A stretch of DNA of 20,000 nt from an uncultured virus (IMG/VR IMGVR_UViG_3300025132_000024) (IMGVR_UViG_3300025132_000024), one strand, 5' to 3'; shown: positions 1-10,400, counted from the stretch's first letter. Notes: generated by a model from the letters alone, not told the origin. Numbers and translations: made by a program.

Positions 1-3000
1 ACTAAAAATATTAGTGAAATTAATATATCACAACCCACATTTACTCTTACCATAACAAATAATAATACTGGTAATAGTATAACTGTACAACAACAGCCTA
101 ACCCGACATTATCAATTCAAACACCTGGCCCTCAAGGAGGCAGAGGATTACAAGGACCTAAAGGTGACAAAGGACTTCCTGGATCACTAGAAAGTGCTGA
201 CGGACTAATAGTTACAGGATCAGTGTTAGTTTCTGGATCTGGTACTGTAGATTTTTTATTATCTGAAGGTGGCGTAACTGGATCATTTTCTGGAGACGGA
301 TCTGGATTGACGGGTGTTATTAGTGCTTCGTATGCTGTAACCGCTTCACATGCCATAACAGCTTTAACTGCATCATTTGCATTGAATGCCGGCGGAGGTA
401 CCGGCGTTGGATTTCCATTTTCTGGATCTGCTGTCATTACCGGATCATTAGTAATATCCGGATCAGGCGACTTAACAACTACTGGAATAATAAGTGCAAG
501 TAAAGTAAAATCAGTAACAGGATCATTTGCTAGATTAGAAGGATTTTCTCCTATAAGAGTAGGAGATCAGATAACATTTGAACAAGTGTCTAGTTTTACT
601 AGCATAACTGCATCGGCTGGTATAAGTGCAAGTGGTAATATAATTGCGCCAAATTTAATACAAGATAGTAGTTCATTCAGTGCTAGGATAACTGCTAATG
701 AATTTGTCGTTGCAAAAACATTGATATCTGGATCAGGTCAAATTGCTTCTGATATAAGCGGGTCATTTACAAGTATAAGTGCATCACTTTCAGATAGAGT
801 AAGATCTAACGAACTTATAACTTCAAGAACATTAATATCCGGATCAGGTCAAATTGCTTCTGATATAAGTGGTTCGTCAACTGCTTTATCGTCATCTATT
901 GCTACAAGGATTGCAAATATAGAATCTGGCGCAACTTTAAAGTCTGGTATATTATCTGGATCTGCTCAAATAGCATCTCAAATATCTGGATCATTTACAA
1001 ATGTTAGTGAAAGTATAAGTTCTAGATTAACTATAAATAAAACCAATATAACTGATTTAACAGCAAATACTTCCTCATATGTATTAAATGCTCAAACATC
1101 ATCGATGACGGTATTTTTTGCTACTAGTGCATCATATGCTGTATCATCTTCTGTTGAAATATTGAAAGAAATATCATCTTCTCATGCTAATAGAGCTGAC
1201 TTTGCCGACGGGTTACGAGGCCAGCCATCAATTGATGTAACAGCAATAACAGCAAGTGGAGACCTAATCGTTCCTCAATATATCAAACATAAAGGCGATG
1301 TTAATACACTTATAAACTTTACTGATAATCGAATTCGATTTAAGGCAGGCGATATTGGATTCTTTGATATAGAAAAAGATGCTAGTGCTCCTTATCCTGC
1401 TACAATTAATCCCGGTGGTAATAGAATTAACTTTAGAGTTGTAGATAGAAATACTAATCTTCTTTTAAAAACTGATTCTGAAAAATTTAAGGTTAATTTA
1501 TATTATGCAGGTAATCAAAAACTTGAAACAGCAGTAGATGGTGTTAACATAACCGGTTCATTAAATATATCAGGTAGTATAACCGGCGATGGATCAGGTC
1601 TAACAAATATTCCTTCGACAGGTATAGTAGGATTAGATTTAGATAAAATTACATCTGGTACAGCAACAGCATCAATTTCAGAAACCGACGGATTTAAAGT
1701 AAACGTAAATTCTCAGATAACAGGATCTGGAGGTACAGAAAAATATGCATTAAAGGTATCTCAATCAATAAATGCATATAATGTTAATGTCGGAAATCCT
1801 ACATCAAATGCTTGGCAAACTAATTTGGAAGGGTCATTTTTTAATAATTTTACTACACAAACTGATACTTCCGAAATATTAAGATTTGTCGCAGGCATTT
1901 TAAGTGCATCAGCTCCTAATCCTTTGCCAAATACAAATATTTGGAATTCGGCAACAGCTAACTATACATTAGGTAGTACTATATCTAAAAATTCATTATT
2001 TGTAGGATCATTTGGAAGTACGACTTATGAATCAAGTGCAAAATTAAGCAAATCGTGGCAAACATCGACTTATATAAATTTAGATTTAACACAATCAATT
2101 GTAGATGTACAAAAATATTTAATATCAAAAGGCTTTTTATTAAGTTCAGAAACAGCATCGAGCGGCGAAACTGATCAGACAGGGACTAATCCATTTAATA
2201 ATAATTATGGATCAAATATACCATCGACCATAACAAGAACTAATCAATTTGGTAATTTTACTTTTAATATAGATGCAAATGCAGCTGGTAGTTCTACGGT
2301 TAAAAATAATGCAAATTATTTTGGCTTAGGTGCATTAAGTAGTGGAGGACCAAATCCTTATACAGTACTAATAAGAACAACACATTCATTTAGCGATACA
2401 GAGACTGATGATACTCCGGACGAAGATTCTAAATTTAGTACATCGTCGATTATAACATATACACAAAATTCATTTGGCACTTCCGGAGATGGATTAATAT
2501 TAGAAAAATTAGAAACTGCTCAGCCAACCGTTATTCCGGCAGCATTTCAAGATGGAGACTTTAATGGAGTTGATAGTCCAATATCTGGAAGAAAGTATAC
2601 AGGAGGAGCAACTGCAGCTGCAAATATTTCAGCTAGCGGATATTATAGAATACATGGAGTAGAAGTTGGATTGAAATCCGGCTCTCAGTCAGAGTTTACT
2701 ATAAAAACACCTAATACTGCTGCAACACAATTTTATTTATATACTGGAGATTTGCCAAGTAATATAACAACGGGTGCACCAAATGCGTCAATAAGCAATA
2801 CAAATTTGACAAGAACATCATTTTCATTTACGTCTGAATCGTTAAGTGGAGCTCCGTTTATAACAGCTACATCATATGGATTTACATTCTCTGGTCAAGT
2901 TGCAAATAGTTTTAATCCAATATATGGATATAATTCTACACCATTACAAATTACACAAAATAACGGATGGAATAGTATAGGAAGTCCAAATTTATCAAAT

Positions 3001-4002
3001 GACTCAGTAAGTGTAACATCTGCCGGAGTACAAACGGTATCTGCTACAAGAGGTGTATTATCATCAGATAAATCTGTACAGAGAACAAGTGGTAATATTC
3101 CTTTTATAAATGATATAGTATTTTGTACGGCATCATTTTCTTTTTCATTAAATAGTAGTGGCGGAAATATTTCTGAAGCAAGATCTATACCGACATATAA
3201 TTTGAATTTTACTTTAACTGGAAGAAATTGGCAAAACAGTTCACAAGGATCTACCACAAGTAATCAACCGTATTATGATTCATCTTTATTTGGAACGCCA
3301 GTAGCTAGTGGTAGTATGGGAATATTAGGAAGTGGATTAGCATCATCAACCAATACTGTTGAATATTTTCATGACGAAACACGTAGGAAGGTAATAGGAA
3401 CATCTACTACATTAACTAATGCTTGGGATTCTGATACATTATTAAATTTATCAGATTCTGGAGATTTACAAGTTAAGCCTGGATATTTAGTCGATCCAGA
3501 AAGCGCTAACGGATATTGGTATCCTGCAGATAATTACAATTCAGGACATTATAAATGGTATTTGAGAGAATTCACAACAACAGCTACAAATAATAAAGGT
3601 AGTATAACTATAGATTTATCTCCTAATTCATCTGCAGATTTAGTTGACTTTAGTAGTACGACAACAAATAAAATAGCAATAGGTATAATTTTTGAAGCAC
3701 AATTGCCTGCAAATAGTGGTGATAGTAGAACAAGAATATTTGATGCAGTTAAAGGAAATGCGTCATATGGGGGTAGCTTGGATAATCAATCAACGTCTGC
3801 ACAATTAAATCCATTTAGCGATAATATAGACATATTAGGAGACTTTGGTTCATTTTCAAATTCAAATGGAACATTAACATTAGGATTAAATAATCCAGTT
3901 AATCAAACCGTTAACGGTACATTTAAGAAAGTATATTTATTAATAAGATATAAAGGTACTCCAAGTCAAACATTAGAACAAATTAATATATCAGTAAGTT
4001 AG
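1..4002 (+). CDS. Large virion structural / fibre-like protein, 5'-partial (>1333 aa)
   Basis: Frame 1 is open from base 1 (TKNISEINISQPTF...) into the tracked 223..4002 ORF, so the true start lies upstream of the window. Contains 7 Gly-X-Y triplets (127-189), the GFPFSGSAVITGSL and GDGSGLT modules shared with the other fibres, ISGS repeats (715-1030) and a long non-repetitive beta-rich C-terminal half. Function inferred from composition and context. Confidence 0.8.
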   Translation, partial: TKNISEINISQPTFTLTITNNNTGNSITVQQQPNPTLSIQTPGPQGGRGLQGPKGDKGLPGSLESADGLIVTGSVLVSGSGTVDFLLSEGGVTGSFSGDGSGLTGVISASYAVTASHAITALTASFALNAGGGTGVGFPFSGSAVITGSLVISGSGDLTTTGIISASKVKSVTGSFARLEGFSPIRVGDQITFEQVSSFTSITASAGISASGNIIAPNLIQDSSSFSARITANEFVVAKTLISGSGQIASDISGSFTSISASLSDRVRSNELITSRTLISGSGQIASDISGSSTALSSSIATRIANIESGATLKSGILSGSAQIASQISGSFTNVSESISSRLTINKTNITDLTANTSSYVLNAQTSSMTVFFATSASYAVSSSVEILKEISSSHANRADFADGLRGQPSIDVTAITASGDLIVPQYIKHKGDVNTLINFTDNRIRFKAGDIGFFDIEKDASAPYPATINPGGNRINFRVVDRNTNLLLKTDSEKFKVNLYYAGNQKLETAVDGVNITGSLNISGSITGDGSGLTNIPSTGIVGLDLDKITSGTATASISETDGFKVNVNSQITGSGGTEKYALKVSQSINAYNVNVGNPTSNAWQTNLEGSFFNNFTTQTDTSEILRFVAGILSASAPNPLPNTNIWNSATANYTLGSTISKNSLFVGSFGSTTYESSAKLSKSWQTSTYINLDLTQSIVDVQKYLISKGFLLSSETASSGETDQTGTNPFNNNYGSNIPSTITRTNQFGNFTFNIDANAAGSSTVKNNANYFGLGALSSGGPNPYTVLIRTTHSFSDTETDDTPDEDSKFSTSSIITYTQNSFGTSGDGLILEKLETAQPTVIPAAFQDGDFNGVDSPISGRKYTGGATAAANISASGYYRIHGVEVGLKSGSQSEFTIKTPNTAATQFYLYTGDLPSNITTGAPNASISNTNLTRTSFSFTSESLSGAPFITATSYGFTFSGQVANSFNPIYGYNSTPLQITQNNGWNSIGSPNLSNDSVSVTSAGVQTVSATRGVLSSDKSVQRTSGNIPFINDIVFCTASFSFSLNSSGGNISEARSIPTYNLNFTLTGRNWQNSSQGSTTSNQPYYDSSLFGTPVASGSMGILGSGLASSTNTVEYFHDETRRKVIGTSTTLTNAWDSDTLLNLSDSGDLQVKPGYLVDPESANGYWYPADNYNSGHYKWYLREFTTTATNNKGSITIDLSPNSSADLVDFSSTTTNKIAIGIIFEAQLPANSGDSRTRIFDAVKGNASYGGSLDNQSTSAQLNPFSDNIDILGDFGSFSNSNGTLTLGLNNPVNQTVNGTFKKVYLLIRYKGTPSQTLEQINISVS
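715..1030 (+). repeat. Three intragenic ~37-41 aa repeats (LISGSGQIASDISGS..S.S...R)
   Basis: GGATCAGGTCAAATTGCTTCTGATATAAG occurs exactly at 730-758 and 841-869 (111-bp spacing). A third, diverged copy reads ILSGSAQIASQISGSF at about 949-996. Confidence 0.85.
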
Positions 4003-4010
4003 GAAAATAA

Positions 4011-4913
4011 ATGTCATATAATTCATCAGATAGATCAGAAAGGTTATTACAAAGTAGAAGATTTACTACTGATAATCTTATACTGAGTCAAGAAGCATTT
4101 ACTGATGTATTTGACTTAGGGGCAGGTGAGATATATACTGACGATCATTTGATACCATCAGCAAGTTCACAGTTGCCTTATAGTGGATCTGGACAAAATG
4201 CATTAATTGTATCTGCCAGTATAGTCGATCCGTCTTTAACCGGTATAAATAATTTACCTATATTAAGATATTATTACAGAAAAAAATTAAAACAAGCAGC
4301 TGATGGTCAAAGAGAAGTTTATTACTTTACTACATCAGATCCATCATCAATAAACGACACAGTAACGTCAGATCAGTTAATAGAATCAGATCAGCAAACT
4401 AATTTTATCTCTCCTAAATATATTGTGCCTGCAGATAGTGTTAAGTCTGCGGAAGCAAATCCTCCGGGATATAAGGCAATAGTATATAAAGATACTTCTG
4501 CAACAGCTGCCGGAGTAACTTCTAATGCAATTACAGATGATAAATATGTATTTGATTACAAGACAGGAGTGTTGACATGGAATAGCGGACAGCAGCCAGC
4601 ATCGAATCAATTTGTTTATATGTCAATTTATCAGTATGCTGGAAGAACATTAAGATCTCAAATAGATGATGGAACTATAGGAGGCGGGAGTACAGCAGAT
4701 GGATTCAGAATAACTTCTGGATCAGTGACTGCATCTGTGGACGTAGGAAATAGTTCATTTTTAATTACGTCTGCTAGTTTAAATTTATTTGAAATTGAAA
4801 GAAATGGAGTAGCAGTTTTTGCTACTCAATCATCAGTATTAACAACAGAAGCTCCAAATGGAGGAGTATTTTTTACAAGAACTAATTTTTATGTTGGTTT
4901 GGATAATCAATAG
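4011..4913 (+). CDS. Hypothetical protein, probably virion structural (300 aa)
   Basis: ATG 8 nt after the upstream TAG, with AGGA upstream. Contains YVFDYKTGVLTW...VYMSIYQYAG. Its C-terminal ITSGSVTASV segment resembles ITSGTATASI in ORF <1..4002. Confidence 0.7.
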   Translation: MSYNSSDRSERLLQSRRFTTDNLILSQEAFTDVFDLGAGEIYTDDHLIPSASSQLPYSGSGQNALIVSASIVDPSLTGINNLPILRYYYRKKLKQAADGQREVYYFTTSDPSSINDTVTSDQLIESDQQTNFISPKYIVPADSVKSAEANPPGYKAIVYKDTSATAAGVTSNAITDDKYVFDYKTGVLTWNSGQQPASNQFVYMSIYQYAGRTLRSQIDDGTIGGGSTADGFRITSGSVTASVDVGNSSFLITSASLNLFEIERNGVAVFATQSSVLTTEAPNGGVFFTRTNFYVGLDNQ

Positions 4914-4935
4914 TAATGTTTTTTGAAAAAAGAGA

Positions 4936-4949
4936 ATATTTATATTAAA
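4936..4949 (+). promoter_or_regulatory. Putative phage promoter motif ATATTTATATTAAA
   Basis: Intergenic, 21 nt before ATG 4971. Identical 14-mer at 18126-18139; the core ATATTTATA also occurs at 7395 and 11018. Confidence 0.55.
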
Positions 4950-4970
4950 ATTATAACATAGGGTATTATC

Positions 4971-6938
4971 ATGGCAGAATGGAAAAAGGTCATCGTCTCG
5001 GGCAGCCAGGCGGAATTAAATAGTTTAGATCTTAAAGGATCATCAGGAAATTTAGTAGTAGAAGGAAATTCTACATTAGGTAATGCTGCAACCGATTTTG
5101 CAAGAATAACTGGTTCAGCAGATATATCTGGTAGTTTAAATGTAGTTAGCTCAGCAGGTGTTTTTCGTGATAAATTATTTGTAGGCAATCGATTTGCGGG
5201 TAATGTTATTCCATCTCAATTAGGTTCAGCAACATTAACTGCAATATCATCTGGTAGTATATCTGCTTTATATTTAAAAACTAATAGCACCGTCGGTTCC
5301 ACCGGTGGTCAAATAACTTTACAAAGTGGCCAATATCAAACCAGTCCAATAATTAACCATCATACCTATAATGGAAATAATACATTTAAAGTAGAAACTT
5401 CAGGTAATATTACATCGCTAGGCGATTTGTCAATAGCAGGTAATACTACATTAGGTAATACTACAGCAGATACAACTCAGATCACAGGATCTACAGATAT
5501 ATCAGGTTCATTAAGAGTTGATGGTACATTAACAGTTACCGGAGATACATTACAAGAAGATCTTAGAACAACAGGAGTTACCAGATTAGGTAATGATATG
5601 GGTGACAAGACGGAGATTACAGGATCTCTTAATGTTACTGGATCTAGTACATTCTCTGGCGAAAATGCAAAAATAACAATTGATCCAGATTCTACCAGTG
5701 CAGTAATTGATGTCTTAGATGTAGGCGGCGGAACCCTAGAGTTAATTAAAATGAGAGATGTCGCCGGCGGTGATCAAATAAGAATAAGTAGAAGCGGCGG
5801 ACAAAATAGTTTAGAATTATTAGATAATGGTGCCAACAGTGTAAAACTTGATTCAAAAAATGATGGATTTTATTTAAATAATTTTGCAATTGGAGCAAGT
5901 TCTGCAGATGCAAGTAATACATTATCTGTAACAGGTAATGCAAAAATAACTACCAATTTAGAAGTAGATGGAAATACTACATTAGGTAATCAATCAGAAA
6001 TAGATAAAGTAGAAGTTTCGGCGTCAATGGGATTGTCTGGATCATTAGATATTAGACGTAAAAGAGATGATGGTGGCTATTTAATACATTTAGGATCGCT
6101 TGATGAAACTGCAGCACCCGGCCATTCCGGTCAAAAGACTGCAGCAATTACAATGCAGGGATTAGCAAATAATTCATCAGCTCCTCAAATTAGACTTCTA
6201 GCACATGAAAATTATGGCGGAAATGAAGCAATATTAATTAGCTCTACCGGTGGTACCAGATATGGTGTTGTTGAGATCAAATCAAATGGATCTAATGATA
6301 TTAAATTCACTGCAAATGAAGGTGGTTTTATTAATGATAAGCTTACTGTAGGACAAACTTCAATAGATTCTAGTGCAACTATATCTGCAATAGGTAATAT
6401 TAAAGCATCAACAGGTATTACAGGATCTTATTTAACCAATGATAATATATTAGTTGCGGGATCAGCAGGAGAAGTTGAATCAAGTGGTATCACTTGGGAT
6501 GGATCAACATTAGACCTAGGTGCAGGTAATATTACATCAACAGGCGATTTAACTATAGCAGATGCTAGAATAAATGGAGATTTAGTTGTAGCTGGAACAG
6601 CATCTTTTGAAAATACAGAAAACTTAAAAGTTACTGATAGATTTATATCATTAGCTTCTGGATCAACTGCTGCAGGAGATGGTGGTATTGTTATTCAGCA
6701 AGCGGCTACCGGATTAGGTGAAGTATTTGGATTTGATAATGCCAATGGTGGTAGATGGGGATTAAGAACAAGTTTTGATCCAACAGCATCATTATTTACT
6801 CCAACCGACTTTATGGTAACAACTGTGAAAGCAGCTGCAGATCCGTCTAATTCAACTGCCCCAACATATGGTGGCTCAAATGGCCATGGTAATATGCATG
6901 TTAATACATCGACAGGTGATATATTTATTTATGCATAA
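4971..6938 (+). CDS. Tail-fibre-like protein (655 aa)
   Basis: N-terminus MAEWKKVIVSGS is paralogous to that of 7489..11016. Four copies of a G(N)TTLGN...D...ITGS.DISGSL module. Ser/Gly/Thr-rich with beta-strand periodicity. Confidence 0.75.
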   Translation: MAEWKKVIVSGSQAELNSLDLKGSSGNLVVEGNSTLGNAATDFARITGSADISGSLNVVSSAGVFRDKLFVGNRFAGNVIPSQLGSATLTAISSGSISALYLKTNSTVGSTGGQITLQSGQYQTSPIINHHTYNGNNTFKVETSGNITSLGDLSIAGNTTLGNTTADTTQITGSTDISGSLRVDGTLTVTGDTLQEDLRTTGVTRLGNDMGDKTEITGSLNVTGSSTFSGENAKITIDPDSTSAVIDVLDVGGGTLELIKMRDVAGGDQIRISRSGGQNSLELLDNGANSVKLDSKNDGFYLNNFAIGASSADASNTLSVTGNAKITTNLEVDGNTTLGNQSEIDKVEVSASMGLSGSLDIRRKRDDGGYLIHLGSLDETAAPGHSGQKTAAITMQGLANNSSAPQIRLLAHENYGGNEAILISSTGGTRYGVVEIKSNGSNDIKFTANEGGFINDKLTVGQTSIDSSATISAIGNIKASTGITGSYLTNDNILVAGSAGEVESSGITWDGSTLDLGAGNITSTGDLTIADARINGDLVVAGTASFENTENLKVTDRFISLASGSTAAGDGGIVIQQAATGLGEVFGFDNANGGRWGLRTSFDPTASLFTPTDFMVTTVKAAADPSNSTAPTYGGSNGHGNMHVNTSTGDIFIYA

Positions 6939-6974
6939 TAATTGCTAATTAAAAAGTTATATAAAAAATTTATT

Positions 6975-7223
6975 ATGGGGTTTCGTTCTAAAATTAAAAC
7001 AAAAGAACAGGTAGCTAAAGAGGCGGCTCATTCGAAAGCACGTACTAAAAAGCCAACTACACTAAAAAAAGAAATAAATAAATTCGATCTAGATCGTAAT
7101 GAGATAAATTACATTTTAGGTTTGATAAAAGATACTACATTTAAAGGATCAGAAATAGAGAGACTTTACAATATAGTATACAAGTTACAATCACAATATC
7201 TAAAACAAGGAAAAGATGTTTAA
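6975..7223 (+). CDS. Small basic hypothetical protein (82 aa), possible fibre assembly factor
   Basis: In-frame ATG at 6975 preferred over the tracked TTG at 6942. Lys-rich N-terminus followed by a helical-looking NEINYILGLIKDTTFKGSEIERLYNIVYKLQ segment paralogous to the next ORF. The role is inference from position. Confidence 0.7.
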   Translation: MGFRSKIKTKEQVAKEAAHSKARTKKPTTLKKEINKFDLDRNEINYILGLIKDTTFKGSEIERLYNIVYKLQSQYLKQGKDV

Positions 7224-7377
7224 TATAAATGAATTAAGCGTTTTGCGAGGATCATTAGATGCAATAACAATTAAAGGTTCTGATGCAAAACAAATAGCAG
7301 CGTTACAAGATAAAGTAGAACAGCATATAACAAATATAAAAGCAGGTCCACCAACAAATAAATCTACAAAAAAATAA
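7216..7377 (+). CDS. Small hypothetical protein (53 aa), paralogue of 6975..7223; not in the ORF track
   Basis: MFNINELSVLRGSLDAITIKGSDAKQIAALQDKVEQHITNIKAGPPTNKSTKK. Overlaps the upstream ORF by 8 nt, fills the gap, ends in TAATAA, and shares the NE...T(F/I)KGS(E/D) pattern. Confidence 0.75.
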   Translation: MFNINELSVLRGSLDAITIKGSDAKQIAALQDKVEQHITNIKAGPPTNKSTKK

Positions 7378-7394
7378 TAAAAAATAATAGTATT

Positions 7395-7408
7395 ATATTT
7401 ATATAAAA
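7395..7408 (+). promoter_or_regulatory. Putative promoter motif ATATTTATATAAAA
   Basis: Intergenic copy of the recurring motif, immediately 5' of the structured leader at 7411. Confidence 0.55.
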
Positions 7409-7410
7409 GA

Positions 7411-7474
7411 ACGTTATAGGCCGAAAGGAAGTAGGCATATGCACGGCATAAGTGTATGTATCTAACCATAACGT
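7411..7474 (+). ncRNA. Candidate cis-regulatory three-way-junction RNA in the 5' leader of 7489..11016
   Basis: Manual pairing. P1: ACGTTAT(A)GG 7411-7420 with CCATAACGT 7466-7474. P2: CC-GAAA-GG 7421-7428. P3: TAGGCATATGCAC 7432-7444 with GTGTATGTATCTA 7452-7464 (12 of 13 pairs including G-U). No family assignment. Confidence 0.55.
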
Positions 7475-7488
7475 AAAAGGAACATAGT

Positions 7489-10400
7489 ATGCCAAACTGG
7501 AAAAAGGTCGTTGTATCGGGCAGCAATGCCGCATTTAAATCTGTATTTGTTACAAATCATGTTACAGCATCTGGCGCTGTAAGTTCAAGTAATTCATTAT
7601 TTTTTAGTTCTTCTTTATCTTCTGATACATCATTTAAAACATTAGTATATGATACCTCGACAGGTAAAATATTTCATACAGGGTCATATGCAGGCGGCGG
7701 AGGAGCATCAAGTTCTCCATTTACTGCGGCAGGCATTTCCGGATCATTTACAGAAGCATCAGAATCATTTAGTACAAGAGTAACAACATTAGAAACAAGT
7801 CCAGCCGCAGGGTTTCCGTTCGCCGGCGATGCTGTTATAACAGGTTCATTATTAATATCGGCATCCAATAATACTTCATCTTCTTTAATAGTACAAGGGT
7901 CTGGTTCGACAATATTTGAAGTTCAAGGTTCTCAAGGTCAACTATTTTCTATTACCGACGATCTTATACATTCAGTATTAGAAGTATCTGATATTTCTGG
8001 GGATACATTATTCAAAGTATCAGGATCTGGGTTAGTAGAAATACCAGTAGGAGATTTAACAGCAAGTTCTACATCTACTGCCTCATTTGGAAAATTTATA
8101 GGGGATGGGTCTGAATTAACAAATTTACCATCTTCATTCACAGCAGCCGGCATTTCGGGTTCTTTAGGAGATAATGCCGCATTAATAAGAAGTTTAACCG
8201 CTACGAGCATTTCGGGCTCATTAGGAGATAATGCTGCATTAATAAGATCTTTAACTGCTACAGGTATATCCGGTTCGTTTGCAGAAACAAGCGCAAGCTT
8301 AAGTTCAAGAGTAACCGATAATGCAGCAAATTTAAAAGCAATAACATCATCTCTTACTACAGCCGGCAGAATGGTATTTGTAGGAGCTGGAGGCACATTG
8401 ACATCCGAAGATGGATTCACATACAATGCAACCACCAATCAATTAGCAGTAGAAAATCTTATAGTAACTCATTTAACATCGTCATTTGTTACTGCATCTC
8501 GAATCACTACTTCAGGTTCAAACATATTTGGAGATGATACAACAGATACTCAAACATTAATAGGTACTACCAAGATAACAGGTAGTGCTCAAGTTACTGG
8601 TTCTACATCAATTTTAGGTGCCTTAGATGTTATAGGCAGTATAACAGCATCTAATGAAATTTTAATTGGTAGTGAATTAAATATAGGTCAAAGCCCATAC
8701 AATGGACAATATAAAGGACGTTTAAACATATTTGATTCAAATTCTAAACCTACATTTGAATTAAAACCTAACCTAAATACAGTTCAAAATACAGCAAACA
8801 TGACAATGTATGCTGGTTTAAATAACCCCCAAGTATTTTTAGTTGCAGGATCTGCTCGTTTAAATTATATAGGAGGAGGACTATCTATTGGTAATAGTAA
8901 TACCATGAATAGAACTAATACTAATACTACAGGTGATGCTAAATTATATGTTGCGGGCAATGCTCAAATATCAGGTTCAGTAAATATTTCTGGTTCAGGT
9001 GGTCTATCAGTAGAATCATCAGGTTCAACAGTATTCGAAGTAATAGGATCAGAAGGCACATTATTTACTGTTACAGATTCATTGGAAGGATCTATATTTG
9101 CAGCAAAAGATAAAACAGGTATTCCAATACTAGAAGTATTTGCAAATACTGGATCAACAGATGTTGTAGAAGTTAATCAATCAAACTTATTAGTTGATAC
9201 CGGAGATGTGATAGTTGATACTGGTAATATAAAATTATCAGGATCTTTAAATGTTACCGGATCACATATCAATGTGGCAGATAATTCAAAAATTAAATTA
9301 GGTACCGGAGGAGATTTAGAAATTTATCATGACGGCAGTAATAGTTATATAGATGAAGTAGGCACAGGAACATTATTTTATAGAGGTGGTACTCAAACAT
9401 TCCAAAATGCTGCAGGTACAAAAACAATGTTAACCTTGAATGCGGCATCATCTGTAGATTTAAGATTTAATAATTCAACAAAATTATCAACAACAAATAC
9501 TGGTATAGAAGTTACAGGCACTATATCAGGTAGTATTATAAGTGGTAGTCATGTTGGTGATGGTTCACAATTAACAGGCATATCTGCAGGAACAAATTTC
9601 ACTCAATCTTTATTTGTTTCACCATCTGGAGATAATTCTACAGCTGTAGTAGGAGATATGTCAAAACCATTTGCGACAATATTAGCAGCAACTGCTTCTG
9701 CAAATATAGGAGATACAATTATAGTATATCCAGGAACATATGAACCTACATCACAAATTATAAAAGACCATGTAAATTATTATTTCCAGCCTGGAGCAAC
9801 GGTTACGGGTTCTATAGCACTAATGGAAGGTACCTTTGATAATATTAATGTTAGAGGGTATGGTACTTTTGATGTGTGTGGAAATACAACGGGTATTAAT
9901 GTAACAGCTAATGGGCATATTGAAGTAGATAAATTTGTAATACGAGGAATTACAACTACAAATAGACAAAGGATGATCTTTAATGGATCAGGAAGCGGGC
10001 TTTTAGAATTAAAAGGTACAGGAATTGCAGAAGGTTTAGGAGCACGTGGTTCAGAACTTTTTCAATTTGGTACTGGTGATGTAATGGCAGATATTCAAGC
10101 ATTTGATAATACTGTAGCTGGAGATAGATGTATTGATGTTACTGGAGCAGGAACTAAAACTATAAATGCCTATGCTGTAAGTAAAATGGGAGATGCAGTT
10201 TATATTTCTACTGCTAACTACCCAGAGGCTATTAATCTCACAGGCCATTTTGAAACTCAAAACCAAGCTAATAAATATGGAGCATATTTATATACAGGAA
10301 ATGGAGCAGATATTAAGATAGATGCTCATATAGTAGGAGCTATATATTCTTTAAATAGTAATAATCATCTTACCCAAATCCACGGCAGTCAAGTCTGCAG

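Noticed and set aside
4914..4935. TTTTTTGAAAAAA as a terminator
   Set aside because: A/T-only stem with no real loop and no GC-rich hairpin before a U-tract; too weak to call.
6942..6974. TTG start for the 93-aa ORF
   Set aside because: The extension is low-complexity AT-rich intergenic-like sequence; the in-frame ATG at 6975 is more plausible, though unproven.
8152..8280. 57-bp tandem repeats (also about 12585-12713) and the 111-bp repeat at 730-869 as CRISPR-like arrays
   Set aside because: Unit lengths are multiples of 3, in frame within CDSs, vary at synonymous sites, and have no unique spacers or cas genes.
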